Source: Rhodosorus marinus CCMP1338 (Eukaryota > Plantae > Rhodophyta). Taken from it: a stretch of 64,000 nt of DNA. The notes beneath the pieces were generated by a model. The model ran no database searches. It saw nothing but the letters and a program-made list of their open reading frames with translations, and was not told the origin of the DNA. Of the stretch, positions 1 to 12,497 are shown one piece after another (within the stretch, counting starts at the first letter, position 1; every line of letters begins with the position of its first letter). The translations under genes were made by a program, and so were the position numbers. The stretch covers positions 930,001 through 994,000 of the forward strand of contig JAMWBK010000009.1 in the NCBI GenBank assembly GCA_029953675.1, read 5' to 3'.

Positions 1-1732
1 TTACTGTTTGTTCATCCTAGACAATCCAAAAAACATATTAAGTGTCATAATTATATATTGAATTATTTTATAAAATAGATACCCGCGGGAAACTTTTTCC
101 TTTTTCATTGCATAAAGTTGATAAATTATTGTGGATTCATTATTATTATATTGTGCAATAGTAATAATATAATGTATATAAATTTTTTTAACAATAATTC
201 AATAGTACTTTGCCCGTTAACTTGTAGTCTAGGGGGTAGATTTGGGGGTTGGGAATATTAAAATATCGAACTATTATAATTTTTATAAGGTAAAATGGTG
301 TAATGAGTGGTTTAAGAACACCAGAACTTAAGGTGACGCTTTAGACTGTGTTGTGATTGATTTCGTTTGGCCGATGACGAGGGGTGAGAAATTTCTATTT
401 ATTTATTAGATTTTAGTGGTGGAGATGTAATCTTGCTGGGGGTCTTGCAGAAGGCTTTTGATTGTTGCTACGAATGGATTGGAATGGGGAGGGTGGGCAG
501 CCGCTTCGGTGAAAGTTCCTTTTCGTCACTGGTTTGTGAGAGGATCAGCAGGCGGAGTGGTTTCTCAAGACAGATCTTGATTCAGAGGCGTACTAGAGTT
601 GGAAAGGGACCCACTCCCGATGCGAATATTTAGCCTTTAACGCAAATGCACTAGGAACCACATACATTCATCTTTTGTCTCCAAGAACAGCCAATATCTG
701 CTGTCATCTGTGACAAGCGGATGGGCATCGTCTTCAACGAAGAACTGCAGAGAGAATTTTTCGGGTTGGTGAAAACTTCTTCTCGTCAGCGATCCGGATG
801 TCACAACTCAGGTTCGTTGTCTTGTTCACACGACGCTGGGGGCTGATGCAACGCTTTCCACCGGAAATCAGCGAAAAAAACACCGTGTTGGCTTGTTGAC
901 AGACGTACTCCTACAGAAGAGTCCTCCGCCGTTTCTGTGCGGGCTGCATCTATGGACATCGTCTTCAAGCAAGAGACTGGAGAGAACGATGGGGTTCGAA
1001 AATACTTCCTCGTCTTGTACTCACGGGTGGCAGTCTTTGCATGTTCAATCCGATCGTCACTGTGGAAGTGTTACCTCCATCCCCACTCGCTCCCCGGACC
1101 ACGGCCGCCCCTGCCCTTCTGGAGCGTAAAAGATTGATTATGCAATCATTGTCTTCTATTTCGGCCACGGTTTCTGCCAAAAAAATTCAACCCACGAAAT
1201 ATTTTTATGAAAATCTGACCGAAAACGTCAACGAATATCCTTTTCAGTCATTTTCTGGTTGAAATCGGATTAAATATAATCTAAAATAATGGCAGAAATC
1301 AATATCCGTTGTCCATAAAACCTACCTCGAGAAAGCAGATCGGTTTCCACGCTCACTATTGAACTCAGGATTGAAGTATATGATCAGAGGCTAGAGCTTC
1401 CGATTGAAGGACCAAGACCAAGTTCAAGGTTATTTATTTGCGTGTCATTATACCGTGAGAAAGACCTTTTTCCAGCATCGCACCAGTAAAAACATCCCGA
1501 GCCGGGTTCGGTCGCACCGGAGGATCTAGTAGCGTCAGTTCTCTGCATTGGGATTGGGGCGGTGAAGGAGTTCTGGATAGGAACACGTCTCCGTTGGCTT
1601 GAAATTGGATAAGGGTATTCGTGTCTGTCTCATTGCATGAGTTGAAGAAACTATTGAGGAGCTGCTGTAGACTAAACACAAACGAACAAGGGAAAAAAAA
1701 TCAAAAGGCAGCAGGATTCAATGTGATGTCGG

Positions 1733-3136
1733 ATGGGTGATCGGGATACAGCCGAACCGCGGTCTCAGTACGAGATCGGTGAGCTTCTCGGGCGGGGGTA
1801 AGTGCGCTTCAATCCTATTGTTTTAGCTGTTCGGACGTGGTCTAGATTGTGCTCTGTGTTCTGATGGACAGACAATTTTGGTGTGCGTCATGTAGTTCAT
1901 CTGGACTAGTGTACAGGGCCGTCACCCCGGATGGGTTGGAAGTTGCTATCAAGAAGATTCCCTTGTGCAAGGACTCCATGGTTACGATCCAAAATGAGAT
2001 TGACATGATGAAATCTGCGGAATGTCCTTACTTTGTTGGGCTAATTGATGAGTTCTACGTTGAGGAAGAGGATGAAATGTGGGTAAGCTTCCCGTGATCG
2101 TTGTTTCATTCGTCACGGGTGCATCTCAGAGGTAGCGCCGTACCCGTCGACTTAAGAGGACAATCTGTACTCTTTGGGATCGTTTAGATTGTTCAGGAAT
2201 TCTGCCCAGGGGGCTCCCTAGCGGATGTTATGGAGTTTTGTTCTGTGAGCTTCACGGAAGCGCAAGTTAGGTGGGCGATAAACTGTATTGTTCACGCGGT
2301 CGATTATCTGCACAGTAAAAGCCGCATTCATCGGGACGTAAAAGCGGCTAACACCCTGTTGACCAAGGACGGTGGAGTTCGGTTGACTGATTTGGGCGTA
2401 GCTGCTTTATTGGATGAAAAGACTCAGAGCAGACAGACAGCGATAGGATCCCCGTACTGGATGGCGCCTGAGGTTATTCAGAAATCCATGTACGGTAAAA
2501 AGGTATGCCGGGACTTGAAAACTGGGAGATCAACTCAACCTTCTGTACTTTTTTGCTGATGACCGATTTCCCCTCGTTTTCAAGGCGGATATCTGGTCAA
2601 TTGGAATCACTGCAATAGAGCTGGCTGAAGGCGCACCTCCTATGAAGGATGTTCACCCTTTTCGGGCTTTGTTTGTTATACCTTCACAGCCACCTCCGAC
2701 GCTTTCTATCAACCCGGCGAACTGGTCTAACGCGTTTCACGATTTCGTGAAGTGCTGCCTTCAAAAAGACCCTGCCCTGCGACCATCCGCGGAGGATCTC
2801 CTAAAGCACGAGTTCCTACAAAACCCTCAGAAAGACTGCCTTGCCCTTCTCGTTGACCAAGTGATTGCGAAAATGGAGGAAATCAGGCAGAGCTTGGAGG
2901 CAGAGGCGGCAAAGCCAAGTTCCGAGGGAAACCCGCCTCCTGACAGCAGCCCTGAACCATCGGACGACGATGAAGAGGATACCAACAGTATCGTAGACAA
3001 TGAAGCTGGATGTTCCGACTCCGAGGGCTCTCTTGTGGTTCGCACTTTTAATGCTGATACTCCGCGGACCACGTCGAGCAGAGAAGATGCATATAAGAGA
3101 TTTGTTGAGAAGTTGAAACAGAATCCTAATTCATGA
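1733..3136 (+). CDS. STE20/MST-like (GCK family) Ser/Thr protein kinase, 4 exons
   Basis: Spliced model MGDRDTAEPRSQYEIGELLGRG|SSGLVYRA...VAIKKI...MW|IVQEFCPGGSLADVM...HRDVKAAN...TDLGVAA...RQTAIGSPYWMAPEVI...K|ADIWSIGITAIELAEGAPP...HPFRALFVIP. GTPYWMAPEV-type signature of the STE20 group. GT-AG introns at ~1798-1895, ~2083-2187 and ~2503-2584. Acidic tail ends at stop 3136. Confidence 0.93.
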
Positions 3137-3445
3137 CAATAGCAAGCATCGGAACTTATCAAAGAAAGTTAACTAGAAGGACAAGAACATTCCCACTTTT
3201 AGAAGATAAGAAAAGCGCCTCGAAAACTGAAGCTTAGAAGAAGGAAAGGCTAGTCGGAGCGGAGAAAATGCCGAGTTTCTTCAGGTTCGAACTTGGTGCA
3301 GATTGCCCGACATGGACGGACTTGCTTCTGAAGGCTCCATCCTAATCTGGCTTCTTTGTCGATTTCGCCAGCCAAGACACAGCCATCGCAAAAGCTAATG
3401 GAGGTGACCAAGCGCGTTAGCGCGGGCTTCCTCAACTGCCCTTTC

Positions 3446-3948
3446 TCAGGAAGCTTCATCATCGTCCTCTTTAACTTCCTCCAGGTCCACTTTCGGAGAT
3501 CGAGTAGACGATAGAGCAAATAATTTAGCCAGATTCTGTTCATCGGTTACATGTTTCCCAGAGTCAGCGGGAGCGTACCATCTGCCTCATTGCTTGCTGG
3601 CTTGTTGCCAAGCTCTTTGATGTACTTGGTGAGTACTTCCGACGATTTCGATTGCATATCTCTGAGCGCCGCAGTGAGGCTCTCTAAACAGTCCATGGTT
3701 TCCATGGAACAAAAAAAATCAGGTAAACTTTGTCTTTCAGTCAGTGAGAAACATGACAGGATGCAACGCGCGACCTACGACGAGAGTGACTCCTGTAACC
3801 GTCTACAGGAGAGGGAAAAGAAGCAGAACTTTGAAACTCATTTACCTTTCCCGCGACCTAAGTCGCTGGCATTCACGTCAGTGGTTGCTTCGAACGTGCC
3901 GTTCGGCAAGGAAACGACCTGCCTGATCCGGAGCTTCTGATCCGTCAT
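3446..3948 (-). CDS. Small (~91 aa) 4-exon protein, possibly Gon7/KEOPS-subunit-like
   Basis: Three GT-AG introns join in consistent phase to give MTDQKLRIRQVVSLPNGTFEATTDVNASDLGRGKDGYRSHSRQSLTAALRDMQSKSSEVLTKYIKELGNKPASNEADVDLEEVKEDDDEAS*. The gene model is reasonably supported; the Gon7 identity is tentative. Confidence 0.55.
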
Positions 3949-4991
3949 TGAGATCGAATCCTTCAAAGAAAACTCCGATCACATCTACCCCCCTTCACCA
4001 TCCCAAGCACAGCATCGACTTGAGTCAGACCTCCCCTGACTAGATAGGCAGATGAACTTCCTGTTCAGCTAGCAGGAAGGAAAGGTGCTCAAAACCGTCA
4101 GAGGCCTTTCAACACTTCAGATAGACTTTTTCCCGATTCAGCGTGAAGTTTATACTTGTCAGAGACGATCAACTCAGAGAAAACGTTTATCAAAGCCAGC
4201 GTAATGAGAACGGGCCTCCGCCTCTTCCTGAATGCAACAAACCGTTAGCGCGGAGGAGAAATTCTGAACCTGCGCTCGACTCAGGTTTAGAATACAAGTG
4301 TTGGTGGCGCGAGAATGGGAGCCGCAACCTCTGTGGTCAACCGGATGACGTTACAGTGAAAGATATTCATCGATCTCCGTGACCGTTGGCGAAACGCTTG
4401 CCAAACGCTCAAGCGCTCGGATCCAAGGAGGGGGGACTCTACCGTCCGCTATTTTCTGTGTTTTCCTTTGCAGAGGACCTCCCCACTGCCGTCCTCTCTC
4501 TCGGAGGCGGTCTGTTGTTCAAGGCAGTACCCACTAGCCATCTGTAGTTTGCTGCGGAAGCAACGGAGTCCATCCGAGGCGCTTTCAGCCTAGGAAGAGA
4601 CGGACACTTTGGGGAAGGGCGAGATCTGTTGCTATTGAGAACGTGGGGGCTTAGCAGGCTCTGACTGACCCTGGTGGACCATTGTCGTCCAGCACACGGA
4701 GCTTTTCGATCTCAAAACAGTTCAGCGCTTGGGTATGCCCAGAGGGACCCGGTCGGTGGTGCATATGTCATCAGCGGGTATTCGCTTTCGTTTACGAAGA
4801 GAACACCACGCCTATGCTGTGATCTATGTGATACAGTTGCGTTCATATATGATTTTCTTTCTTGCATGAATCAATTTCCCCTGTGGTTTCCATAGCGCAA
4901 ACGATGCAGTCCATCCTCCACAAAAGAATGTACAGACCCGTCCACCAAGCTTTGCAGTACCTAATCCTTCAAACCGAGTTTTCTCCTCTCC

Positions 4992-6089
4992 TCATTGTAA
5001 TCCGACGGATCTCGCATACCACACCCAACTTGCACCTCCTACAATGTTATTCATAGTCCTAAAAAGTCCACTGGAAGTCTTGGCGACGGCATCCGGTGCC
5101 CACCTGAACATTCCTCTCTCCAGACCTGCAACCAGCTGGTACCTAGGGCTCGAACTCACAAACATGAAGCCTGCCCATCCGAAAGCGTTGGGTATCAAGC
5201 CCGGCAACTTCTTGGTCCTCATGGCACTGGCTTCGGGAGACTTTGCATTACGAAGTGCCAACAGGACGTACGAGATACAGGTCCCAGCGAGCCCAGCAAC
5301 GAGTCCAACACAAGAAAACTTCATTCCTGTTACTAGAAATCCAAGACATCGTGATACGAGGGAGTGCTTTGCACTTGGCGGAGAGGCCTATGCACAAAAC
5401 AAGCAGCAGAGCCCGGATCAAGTGAGACAGTGACAACGCTAAGAGCGACGATGGAAATAACAACAACTGAGTGATTATCGGATCGATGTAGGGACCGGGC
5501 TTACTGCAAAGACATTTGGAGGAAGGCTCGAAATCCATCGCTTCAGTGCCAAGGAACTCTGTACATCGTTGGCTATCGACGGCGCCGCCATCCACAGCGC
5601 AGTAAAATTGAGAACTGCTCCTACAACAATATCGCAGAAGGCAAAATCCAGCTCGTTCAACACCTCCTTGCCGCGAGCGGCTACCATACCAATTACAGCC
5701 AATCCGAGACCCACTGTCTCCTCCATCAACAGCTTAAACCCAAATTTCGGGTCAGCAGCTAGTTTTGCTCTCCAAGCCGGCCAAATTTCCGCCAAGTAGC
5801 CAGACAAACCGGATTTGGTAGCTTCCAAGTACGCCCTCAGCTGCTCTGCAGACAATCCCCTCAACTCGGGGGTGAGAGCGCTTTCCTTCTTGCCATAGAT
5901 AGCCAAGACGGTGGACAAACCGCTTGCTGTATCCCCACCACCACCACCACCACCTCCTCCTCCACTATCTCCATCTCCACCCTTGATCCCTCCGTTCCCG
6001 ACACCTCCGTCCCCAACCACACACACGCTCACCCCCCGGCTCCGTCGACTGCTGCCAACTCGAACCCCGCTAACGAAACCAGTACTCAT
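4992..6089 (-). CDS. RETICULATA-related (DUF3411) plastid envelope membrane protein, 2 exons
   Basis: Transit-like N-terminus and poly-Gly stretch, then WRAKLAADPKFGFKLLMEETVG...ELDFAFCDIVVGAVLNFTALWMAAP; exon 2 has GWAGFMFVSSSPRYQLVAGLE...FRTMNNIVGGASWVWYARSVGLQ*, typical of the family. Intron ~5500-5382. Confidence 0.9.
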
Positions 6090-8165
6090 CGCTTTTTCAG
6101 TAGACTAACTATTCAGAACCCTTCTACTACACATCCAAAACCTAATAATAAAACCCTAACAACACTCCAACAGCTCAACCCACCCTCCTCCCCATGCCAA
6201 ACCTACACACACCCCCTACAAATCCATCTTCCCCCACCCCACCCTACCCAAAACAAAAAAAATGGCGGCAACAACTCTTAACTGTCACTCTACAAAATAT
6301 CCAGAAACCGTCCACAAAAAAATCTCATACAATTAATAAGAACCCGCATATCCAAATTCTTAACTGACGCTTATGGAACATCATCGACGGCTGGGTCCCC
6401 CCCCCCCCACCCCACTCTCAGAGGAAGTTAACCCATTAAAAATTCCACTCTTCTCCGATCTCGATTGTTAAAATGGGGGTCATTCGTTTTAGACAGGGGC
6501 AACGTTTGTGGCGTCCCCTTTAAAACGATCTCTTCTCTTGTTTCTTTCATAACTGGTCGCTATAGTGAATTCTACATGAGCCCATCGTCTTGTTCATCAT
6601 GGCCGTTGCTCGATATGAAATCCTCTACTACTCCAGTCCACTCTTGCTGCGGGAAGCTGCTCTTCATGGATTAGACTCCTTAACTACCCTTACCCCCCTC
6701 CCACCCCCCTTCCTCTCTGAAGCTGCTTAAAAAGCTCAGATTAGGGCATTTTCTTTGCACGACTGATCTATGGGCGTTCTTGGTGCTTTTCTTGATCGGA
6801 AATGCAATATGAATCTTTTCTTCTAAAATTCAGAATAGTTATGAAATAGACTTTTGGAATAAAATTCGCTCAAATTGTTGGGAGGGGATTTTTAGGGGTT
6901 GATGGGAAGATGAAATTTGGAAGGAATGACTAATTTAGTTTAGCTAAATGAATAAGTGGTACCTCGGCAGGTGCGGAGGTGGGGAGCTCGTTGTAGAATT
7001 TTTAAAGTTGGATTCGTGAGTGAGATGGAGGGGTAGTTTTGCAGGGTGAGTGGGTGGGGGGTTTGGGGTAGTTAGGATGGTCGGAGGTCGATGAGGTGAC
7101 TTTCTGGTTTTTGCAAGGACATTTATCGATCGTTTTATCGAGTTCTTGTTTAAAGAAGGCGGTGTGTGCAATGAAAATCCACAGAGCGGAATCACTTGAG
7201 AATCCCTTTCCTCACCCTCATCATGACCACTCCTTGGTGATCACATTCCTGTTTGTCCCATGAGGAAGCGTAACAACGTGTGGCGTATCCTTCTTGAGAC
7301 TCGAAAACAATTTCATTGGTACCAAATGTGGGCGTAGAATCAGTGGAAACCCCGGACGATGCTGTTGAGCTGGCTAACCTCACCCCTTGCACGTTGATTC
7401 TGTCGATGTCCCAATCCAGCTGGCCAGACTACCAGTGAAAAATACACAGGCTCCTGCGACAAGCGCTCTTTGAGCACAAAAACCTGTGCTACAAGAGGAA
7501 TGATCCATTGCATGTGGCGAAAAATCAATCAGAGAGTCGTCAGTGCTAGGCCGCCTTTTTTTTTTTTTTTTGCATCTGCTTCCATGCGTTCACTTGTACA
7601 GCCCTGCTGACTCCCAAAATGCATCTTCAAAAAGCTTGACATCAGGAAATCACCAAAAATTGAAAATCAGTATACTTTCGACCGATTCAATGAACTGATT
7701 GAACTCAACTTGCTGAACTCTAGTAGCGTTTTAGTATTAACGTGTACATTCGAAAACGAAAGTTTTTTGGAAATTAGTACACTAATCCCACGGGCGGTGG
7801 GTGAGATCAATTTTGAGCTCGAAGGAAAGCCTCCGAACCAATGCGAGGGTTAGACGAGCTTGATTGATTGAATCAGTTACGCAGCCGTCGGCTTAGTGAT
7901 TTGCTCTCCTTCAGTTTCACTGTTTGCAGACGGTTTGCTGACCGTTTGCTGTGCGTGGAAGCCAGCGGGAACGCTCCAGAACCTGAGTAGGCAAGACTTC
8001 TTGACCCGAGTGTGGCTGGGTCACCCACGGGTCACTTCTGTTGGTGGTTTGGTCCAGGAGAATCGATCTATAAACCAAGCAGATTGCCATTTTAATAAAT
8101 CTGCATACAACTCATGCTTACCAGTTTCTCGCCACGTGTTCACCGTTTTCTGAGCGCATTTTGAC

Positions 8166-10079
8166 CTATACGAAGGTTGAATTGAAGTCCACCGCTAGGG
8201 ACGCGGGCCTCTTGCTCGTCACAAAGTGTTCGTAGTACCCATTTTCGCGAATTATATGCACCTCAACATGAGTCAGAGAAGGGTGTTCTGATGGAGTTCG
8301 AGTCACGGAAAAACCGACAATGGTCTTGTCCCGCCGCGGGCTCCAGAGGGCCCTACCGAAGACGGACCTGGACAGGACTGCTTCAGTGACAAAAGCGAAC
8401 CTCTCTGTTCCATTCTCGACCATCCTCACTATCCTGACAAGCACGATGATGCCAGATCCTTGAATGCACGCGACTACAAGCGACAGCTCTGGCACATATT
8501 CCGCCATGGAGATTCGATTCGCTTCGTGCTCGCATTGGATTGCCCCAGACTGCTCCATATCCTTCGGAACCAGTGGACTCAGTTCTGCCAACCAGGCGGT
8601 TCGATCAGAAGCTCTGACTAACACGAGAGACTCTCTTCGTCCGAGAACTACCATATCTTTCGACGGTATGTCCAGGGTATCCGTTTCCATACCCATTTCC
8701 ATATCCACTTCCTGGGGACCAAGTCTTTGAAGATTAGGACTCCACTGCATAAGCAGCGGTGAAGACTTCTCTTCAGATAAGCTCGACCTCTCCCATGTTG
8801 AGAAGTGCTCACACTCCTCGACTTCAAGCAGCGACCCCTCAGTAACTGGTTCCTGTACAACTTCTAAATCATCGCAACTATCCACATCGTCGACTTCTTC
8901 GATGACCTGGTCGGAATCCTCACCAACTGGCCTTCTGGAGTCCGCAAGCGCTTGCGATATGCTCATACTCGAGTTCATGGGTTGAACGAGTGGCTCTTGC
9001 GGCGGTGGGTCCGCGTTCATCGAGGTGGTTCGCTGTGGCTGTCGGTGCTCCTGCATATCGACAATTGAGGGGTATGATGGAGCCGATACTGCCTGATAAG
9101 CGTCAGTCAAGTCATCTAAAACGAACGATTCCCGAGTTACGCCAACACGACACACTGGGGCACATGTTATGGATTCCCCAAACTTTGTCCAGAACAGCCG
9201 CAACGCATTGGAATACGAGTTTTTCTCGTCACTGCCAGTTTCTTCGACTAGAGCAAAAAACTTGTCGCAGTTGCCAACCCTCTTTACACTCTCGTACGGA
9301 ACGTACTGCACAAACCAGCCCCACGTACGCATAGAATTGAAGTGACTTAAGTCACAAAATGAGACTATCCCGGCGTGTTCCCAGTCCCATAGGAAGATTG
9401 ATCCATCGAGGCTGCAGGAAAGCAGGTGCCTCCCATTCGGAGTGAACGAAACGCAAGGTATATTCCCGAGGTGTCCAACCAATTCTTCATGGGGCATGGA
9501 AGGTGCGAGCAGGGGCTCTTGCGATGAAGCAGGAGACAAAATCCTGAACAATCGCACAGAGGGAGCGTTACAACTGACCGCGAGGACCCTTCTTCCAGGA
9601 TGAGCGCTGATTCCCCACGCAGAGTCCGGCATGGTTGCCATCCACCCTCGTGGGTCCCGAGGACGCTCATCAGCGCGTCCCAGTTGAATAGCCATGACGC
9701 TCCCTGGTCCATGGCCAGCTTCCCCGCAAGCGGCGAAAAGGACGTCCCCCAGATCATCAAAGCTGTAACACTTGAGCTGATTAACCGTGTTCCCAATTCC
9801 ATACCGCAAACTCCTACGAAATTTAAGAGTTCTTGACAAGGGATTTCTCAAAGCGGTATCATCCCTCTCAAGAAGGAACTCCCTGATGCATCCGTCGCTT
9901 CCCGCGACGTACATGTACTTTCCGCTCGAGTCCATGGCCAATAGACTCATTCTCCAGGTGCTTAGATCATGCTCGGACATACTAGGCAGTTGGACATCCT
10001 CGAAGCTATACTCGACCATGACGGGCAAGTATCTCGACTCGAGGGCCATCGCATCCCGCTCACCAGTGACCAACCCCAC
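8166..10079 (-). CDS. WD40 beta-propeller protein, CRT10-like (single exon, 637 aa; start may be Met at ~10052)
   Basis: Long uninterrupted ORF with WD-like segments (SAWGISAH..VLAVSCN; GHLGNIPCVSFTPNGRHLLSCSLDGSIFLWD) and a C-terminal NRISMAEYVPELSLVVACIQG segment resembling fungal Crt10. Confidence 0.75.
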   Translation of the reverse strand: MGLVTGERDAMALESRYLPVMVEYSFEDVQLPSMSEHDLSTWRMSLLAMDSSGKYMYVAGSDGCIREFLLERDDTALRNPLSRTLKFRRSLRYGIGNTVNQLKCYSFDDLGDVLFAACGEAGHGPGSVMAIQLGRADERPRDPRGWMATMPDSAWGISAHPGRRVLAVSCNAPSVRLFRILSPASSQEPLLAPSMPHEELVGHLGNIPCVSFTPNGRHLLSCSLDGSIFLWDWEHAGIVSFCDLSHFNSMRTWGWFVQYVPYESVKRVGNCDKFFALVEETGSDEKNSYSNALRLFWTKFGESITCAPVCRVGVTRESFVLDDLTDAYQAVSAPSYPSIVDMQEHRQPQRTTSMNADPPPQEPLVQPMNSSMSISQALADSRRPVGEDSDQVIEEVDDVDSCDDLEVVQEPVTEGSLLEVEECEHFSTWERSSLSEEKSSPLLMQWSPNLQRLGPQEVDMEMGMETDTLDIPSKDMVVLGRRESLVLVRASDRTAWLAELSPLVPKDMEQSGAIQCEHEANRISMAEYVPELSLVVACIQGSGIIVLVRIVRMVENGTERFAFVTEAVLSRSVFGRALWSPRRDKTIVGFSVTRTPSEHPSLTHVEVHIIRENGYYEHFVTSKRPASLAVDFNSTFV

Positions 10080-11463
10080 CAGTCGTAATTTCAGCTCTCT
10101 AAAGCAGTCCTATATTCAACCACTGGACGAACAACAGACCATGAGATAGCAAAGTTGCCTCTTGAGGACCGACATGGAGCTCTGGCTCAACGCAAGCATG
10201 CGCATCTCAGACGTCAGTCTGACTCCATCTTCGACACAACCCCGTCAATGCGCAAACTTAGCGACCATGACAACAGCTCAAACCGGGCAGATGGTCTCCA
10301 AAAGATCCTGCGTACCCTTGAAGAAGCACATATATCAGCTCAAGTGGTAGAATAACAAGATACCCAGCAAGGCTTCTAGCCAACCTTGATAGCCAAGCTC
10401 CGCCATCCGGTCCTCGCTCCTTCCTCAACCCGCAGTAAGCAAATGAGATATTTTGGTGAAGCGAATCCTAGGAAGCTCTGATGAACAGCTCGGGCTTCGA
10501 TTAGGTTGGACAGTTCATCTTTTCGAGGCGCAAGCTGGTCTGAGGAGAGTGTAAAACTAACAAGTTGAGCGCTGGCAGCCACAAAAGGCTCCTCATGAGT
10601 AGTGTGAGTGTTTTCCGAGCAAAACTACGTGGAACATGACTAGCTCGTCCGGAGGACTCATCTGTCGTGGGAGTGCTTCCCTAAATGAAAAGTCGTCTCC
10701 CTCTAGCGGACTTTTTGAAGTGTGCCTGCTCGGGGTGTTGCCCAAGTAAAAATATTCCAAGGGTTCGTGCAGCTACAAAGTTTTAACTGCGCGCAGAGAG
10801 AAACGTCCTTTGTTTTTCGCGGGGATTGACTCATCACAGCCACGATTGCAACCATGTCGACACTCTTGTTTTCGCTTCCCCGAGCCTTTAGAAGAGATGA
10901 CAGAGAGTGATGTTCAGCGGGAATTTCTGGAGATCGGGGCTAGACAGGTTCAGATTGCGCAAAAGGCATCTGTCTGTCCGCGCTACTTCTTTCTTTGTTA
11001 AGGAGCAGCACTCACCCGAGCCTATCTCCTGTCTAAAGCTCTACGCGAGTGAGGTCCCCCCTCTGTGCGGATTGGCTTGAGAGATGCAATGTAAGGGTGA
11101 AGTACAGTTACTTCTATCAAAAGTCTCATCAAGGTCAGCAACAATCCCAGTTCCGGTCTAGGTACGTGTAATACACATTCATCAGTTTTCGCATGCACCG
11201 GCAGCGCTCGTGGATTAAATTTTGGATATCGAAAGTCAAGGTTTGCAAGTTGAACGAAGCTCGGATTCCCTCCGAACTCATTTTGCTGTTGGAGTCAAAA
11301 GCTGTTACGCCCACCCTCATCTCTGGTGGTTTAAGTGGGAGATCCAAGGGCGATTGAAAGTGGGAATGGATTGCTAAAAAGGAGAGGATCCTGTTGTTGA
11401 AAATGGAGAGTCAGTGGTGGGTTTAATACTGAGATATCGGATTTGGTCATACAGCGACCTCGA

Positions 11464-12497
11464 ATGGCCACTACCTCGTTCGCTGGGAGTCCATTTGGTT
11501 TGACGTTGGGGGGTGTTGGTTCTCGTTCACCGCGATCGAAGTGCAGGATGTCCGTTGATGGAGATGCGACGAGGGTCTCGCTGCCTGATCTGGCGGGGAA
11601 GCGAGTTCTTGTAACTGGTGCTAGTGGTGGTCTTGGAAAGAGGATGGCAATCGAGTTTGCCAGGCAGAAGTGCAAGGTTCTTGTGCACTATTTCACACGG
11701 CGCGAAGGAGCTAGACACACCGTCCAAGTGTGTGAGGAAGCTGGGAGCCCTTTTGCGATGTCGTTTGGAGCAGATCTGCGATCTGAGGCCGCAATTCAGA
11801 CCCTAGTAGACTGTGTTGAGAAAGACTTTGGAGGAGTCGATGTTCTCGTCAACAACGCTGGTATAGTGGTGAAATCGGCTGTGGAGGACTGTGACTCGAA
11901 ATGCTTTGACGACGTGAGTCGGTTTTCACGGAATTGAGTTTCACAAAGACAAAGCTCACAGCATCTATTTTCTCTCTGCATGTTCGATGTCATCAGGTCT
12001 ATGCGGTTAATGTACGCGCTCCATACTTGCTAAGCAGGCAGCTTGCTGGCGCTATGAAGCAATCCGGAAGTGGTGTGGTCATCAACATCTCATCCGTACA
12101 TGGTACAGATGCGGCTGTAGAGTTTATGTCCGCGTATGCAATGTCCAAGGCCGCGCTAAACGCACTCACCCAGAGCATGGCAGCGGAATGGGCCCCGACG
12201 ATCAGAGTTCTCGCTCTCGCACCAGGAGTTGTCCCAGTGGAGCGAAGCCAAAAAGCTCTAGAAGAGACCAAGGACATGTGGTTTCAATACATGCCTATGA
12301 AGAGGTACGGTACAGGGGACGAGATCGCTAAGATGGCCATATTCCTCGCATCCGAGTCCTCGGCGTGGACGACAGGATCTGTTGTGACCGTCGACGGCGG
12401 TATGACAGCAAGAATGTTCATGCCAATTCGACCTAAACCAGTTTCGCCGCCGGAACCGTCACCTGTTCAGCATCCGCACACTGCCGCTGGGCCTTAA
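11464..12497 (+). CDS. Short-chain dehydrogenase/reductase (FabG-like) with predicted plastid transit peptide, 2 exons
   Basis: MATTSFAGSP... transit-like leader; TGASGGLG (TGxxxGxG), NNAG, NISS and YAMSK (YxxxK) motifs; intron ~11915-11996. Confidence 0.92.

Noticed and set aside
3551-3940. Plus-strand 129-aa ORF and the many similar antisense ORFs overlapping VPS35, CRT10-like, PB1 and NSUN6
   Set aside because: Antisense shadows of real coding exons on the opposite strand.
7110-7530. Short overlapping ORFs on both strands after a G/T-rich tract
   Set aside because: No recognisable motif and no consistent splice model.
10141-11350. Short ORFs between the CRT10-like and SDR genes
   Set aside because: No homology cues; consistent with divergent promoter and UTR sequence.
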